Of a stretch of 61,631 nt of DNA, positions 57,635-61,631 are shown piece after piece. The stretch spans positions 1 through 61,631 of the forward strand of contig CADBQR010000041.1 of the NCBI GenBank assembly GCA_902796945.1. Reading direction: 5' to 3'. The stretch's first letter is position 1. Every line of letters begins with the position of its first letter. Below the pieces are notes generated by a model. It saw nothing but the letters and a program-made list of their open reading frames with translations. It was not told the origin of the DNA and ran no database searches. This stretch comes from an uncultured Acidaminococcus sp. GTDB taxonomy: Bacteria; Bacillota; Negativicutes; Acidaminococcales; Acidaminococcaceae. The position numbers were made by a program, and so were the translations under genes.

Positions 57635-58891
57635 TCAGGAACGGACCTGGCCATTTCCGTTGATCAGATATTTCGTCGTTGTCAGTTCCGGCAAGGCCAT
57701 AGGCCCGCGGGCATGCAGTTTCTGGGTACTGATACCAATTTCTGCGCCGAAGCCAAACTGGAAGCCATCCGTAAATCGTGTCGATGCGTTCACGTAGACG
57801 CAGGCTGCATCCACCACCTGCTGAAAGCGGCGTGCCGCTGCATAATCGTCGGTCACGATGGCTTCGGAATGCCCCGTACCATAACGGCGGATGTGGGCAA
57901 CGGCCTCTTCCAGGGAATCGACAATCCTGACGCTGAGGCGCAAGTCATTATATTCGGTGGCCCAATCCTTCTCCGTTGCCTTTTCCATGGCAGCCTGATA
58001 GCTGCGGGCCCGGTCGTCACCAAAGAGGGTTACATGGGCTTTTTCGTAGGCAGCCACCATGGCCGGCATAAACCGGTCCGCTATATCCTTGTGGACCAGC
58101 AGGGTTTCCATGGAATTGCATGTGCTGGGCCGATTGACCTTGGCATTCAGGGCAATGGCCACGGCCATATCCACATTGGCCCTGGCATCCACATACGTAT
58201 GGCAGACGCCGGCACCGGTTTCGATAACCGGAACCGATGCGTTTTGCACGACCGAATGGATCAGCCCGGCGCCTCCGCGGGGAATCACAACGTCCACAAG
58301 ACCGTCCAGATGAATCAGCTCGCTGACGGCTTCCCGTTCCTCGATATTGACGAACTGGACGGCCCCTTCTGGCAATCCGGCCCTGCATCCGGCCTCGATG
58401 AGGGCATCGCTCACCGCCTTATTGGATAAAATGGCTTCCCGCCCGCCTTTCAAGATAACTGCGTTACCGCTCTTGACGCAGAGGGCAATGGCATCCGCCG
58501 TGACATTGGGGCGGGCTTCATAAATGATACCAATCAGCCCCAGCGGCACGGTCACTTTCATGATGGTCAGGCCATTGGAAAGCGTGCTGCCATTTAGGAT
58601 TTTTCCCACCGGATCCGGCAGGTCCGCCACCTGACGGATCCCCTCTGCCATCTGTGCCAGTCGTTCATGGTTAAGAAGCAGCCGATCAAGGAAGGAGCTC
58701 TTCAGGTCATTTTTACGGCCCCGATCCATATCCTTTTCATTGGCCGCCAGGATCTCTTTTTCCCGGGCCATAAGTCCGTCCGCCATGGCAAGCAGGATAT
58801 CATTTTTCCTTTGCGTATTCAAGAGTCCCAGATCGACGGACGCATTCTTTGCCGCCTCCGCCTGGCTCCGGACCATACCATATTCATACAT
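57635..58891 (-). CDS. proA: Gamma-glutamyl phosphate reductase
   Basis: IYEARPNVT, PSTCNSMET, NASTRFTDG, GISTQKLHARGP. Confidence 0.96.
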   Translation of the reverse strand: MYEYGMVRSQAEAAKNASVDLGLLNTQRKNDILLAMADGLMAREKEILAANEKDMDRGRKNDLKSSFLDRLLLNHERLAQMAEGIRQVADLPDPVGKILNGSTLSNGLTIMKVTVPLGLIGIIYEARPNVTADAIALCVKSGNAVILKGGREAILSNKAVSDALIEAGCRAGLPEGAVQFVNIEEREAVSELIHLDGLVDVVIPRGGAGLIHSVVQNASVPVIETGAGVCHTYVDARANVDMAVAIALNAKVNRPSTCNSMETLLVHKDIADRFMPAMVAAYEKAHVTLFGDDRARSYQAAMEKATEKDWATEYNDLRLSVRIVDSLEEAVAHIRRYGTGHSEAIVTDDYAAARRFQQVVDAACVYVNASTRFTDGFQFGFGAEIGISTQKLHARGPMALPELTTTKYLINGNGQVRS

Positions 58892-58908
58892 GTCACTGCC
58901 TCCTTATC

Positions 58909-60036
58909 CTACATGATGACAAGATTGTCCCGATGAATGACCTCATCGGTATGGGTGTAACCAAGAATTTTCTCAATATCCCGGGTCTGGCAGCCAATGA
59001 TTTTCTTCAGGTCTTCCGTACCGTAGTTGACCAGGCCGCGAGCCAATTCATGCCTGGTTTTATCGACGACGCTGACGGTCATGCCGTTTTCAAACTCGCC
59101 TTCCACGGATACGATGCCCACCGGCAAAATACTGCAGCTTCCTTCCTGGCGGATGGCCCTGGCAAGCCCATCATCGACTACAAGGGTTCCGGCAATCTTG
59201 GCGCCAAATGCAAGCCATTGTTTCCGGAACTGCAGATGGGATACCCGGGGAATGAATAAGGTCCCCACCGGTTCGCCCCGCAGGACCCGCCGGATTACTT
59301 CCGGATCCTCACCGGAGGCAATGACCAGGCTGATGCCGGAGGAATTAGCTACCTTGGCGGCCTGGATTTTAGTGATCATGCCGCCGGTCCCGTTCTTGGA
59401 TCCGGCACCGCCGGCCATGCCTTCCAATTCAGGCGTAATTTCCGTCACTTCCGGGATCCGTTTCGCATCTGGATGGGTCTGCGGATTCGCCGTATAAAGG
59501 CCATCTACATCGGAAAGAAGGATATCCACATCGGCATCGACAATGCCCGCTACCAAAGCAGAAAGATTGTCATTGTCGCCAATCTTGAATTCATCGATGG
59601 ATACTACGTCATTTTCATTGACGACCGGAATGATGCCCCATTCGAGCAGCCGCAGGAACGTATTGCGGGAATTGGCATAATGGTGCCGGTCAAGGGTATC
59701 GGCCCGGGTCAGCAGCACCTGTGCCACGGACTGACCGTATTCAGCAAAGAAGCGTTCATAGATATGCATCAGGATACCCTGACCAACGGCCGCACAGGCC
59801 TGTTTGCCAGGAATATCCTTTGGTTTCTCAGAAAACATCAATTTACCGACACCGACCGCACCGGCACCACTGGAAACCAGGATCATCTGCTTTCCCTGGT
59901 TTTGCAGGTCAGCCATTACGCGGGCAAGTTTTTCAATTTTTTCGTAGTTGACTTTTCCGTTTGGATAGGTAATCGTACTGGATCCTACCTTGATCACGAC
60001 ACGTTTAGCCTGCACTAATTTTTCGCGTTCCATCAT
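58909..60036 (-). CDS. proB: Glutamate 5-kinase with PUA domain
   Basis: VIKVGSS, VSSGA, NENDVV, GDND, GTGGMITK. Confidence 0.96.
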   Translation of the reverse strand: MMEREKLVQAKRVVIKVGSSTITYPNGKVNYEKIEKLARVMADLQNQGKQMILVSSGAGAVGVGKLMFSEKPKDIPGKQACAAVGQGILMHIYERFFAEYGQSVAQVLLTRADTLDRHHYANSRNTFLRLLEWGIIPVVNENDVVSIDEFKIGDNDNLSALVAGIVDADVDILLSDVDGLYTANPQTHPDAKRIPEVTEITPELEGMAGGAGSKNGTGGMITKIQAAKVANSSGISLVIASGEDPEVIRRVLRGEPVGTLFIPRVSHLQFRKQWLAFGAKIAGTLVVDDGLARAIRQEGSCSILPVGIVSVEGEFENGMTVSVVDKTRHELARGLVNYGTEDLKKIIGCQTRDIEKILGYTHTDEVIHRDNLVIM

Positions 60037-60072
60037 TCCACCGCCTTACCCTTCAATCCGCTTTAATTCCAA

Positions 60073-61395
<1,323 letters not shown>

Positions 61396-61512
61396 TTAGT
61401 ATTTTATTATATAATAAATCGGATAGAAAAACTACCAAGGATCTTTCTTTCAAGGTTTTCCTGACTAAATCTTTCCATTCTGTGACGAAAAAAACAAAAC
61501 ACGAAAAAAATG

Positions 61513-61541
61513 TTGACATACTCTGGTAGTTCAAGTATAAT
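61513..61541 (+). promoter_or_regulatory. Consensus sigma70 promoter of the tRNA gene
   Basis: TTGACA (61513-61518), 17 nt, TATAAT (61536-61541), with an A-tract upstream. Confidence 0.9.
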
Positions 61542-61558
61542 AGCAAATGTTCAGTTAT

Positions 61559-61631
<73 letters not shown>

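Noticed and set aside
60037-60072. T-box or attenuator ahead of proBA
   Set aside because: Only about 36 nt separate obgE and proB, leaving no room for a leader RNA.

Overview
Chromosomal core and metabolic region of an amino-acid-fermenting Negativicute. The gct/gcd/hgd proteins closely resemble those of Acidaminococcus (recognised from protein sequence; no database search was run). Almost all genes are on the minus strand. Left to right: (1) the hydroxyglutarate glutamate-fermentation operon gctAB-gcdA-hgdCAB, with hgdB cut by the window edge; (2) a maf-radC-mreBCD-mrdA-rodA-radical SAM-RNase G-CCA enzyme operon; (3) a Na+-pumping decarboxylase operon (MmdA-like alpha plus gcdDCB); (4) DRTGG protein, anti-sigma-type kinase and group-D-like [FeFe]-hydrogenase, directly behind a 1015-aa SARP/BTAD-STAND-TPR regulator; (5) a THF-dependent histidine utilisation cluster (hutI, hutU, hutH, permease, cyclodeaminase, fhs, formiminotransferase, hutD); (6) MFS, Fe-ADH, ftsH, mutY, mutT, an AbgT transporter, a degenerate PxpBC-like pair, a MacAB-like ABC system, proAB, obgE and tRNA-Arg(ACG) at the right edge. 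No CRISPR, prophage or transposase was seen. The strongest new signal is an identical 12-bp box, GACGTTTTTCAG, exactly 12 nt upstream of the -10 element in three hut promoters, with variants at hutD and at the regulator's own promoter; it predicts the operator of the adjacent SARP-STAND activator. Also notable: an unannotated 53-aa membrane protein in the MacAB operon, a Trp-containing 7-codon leader peptide before the AbgT gene, two alternative alpha subunits for one Na+ pump, and Rex-like sites at both decarboxylase loci. Many start codons were adjusted from the ORF track using RBS position.
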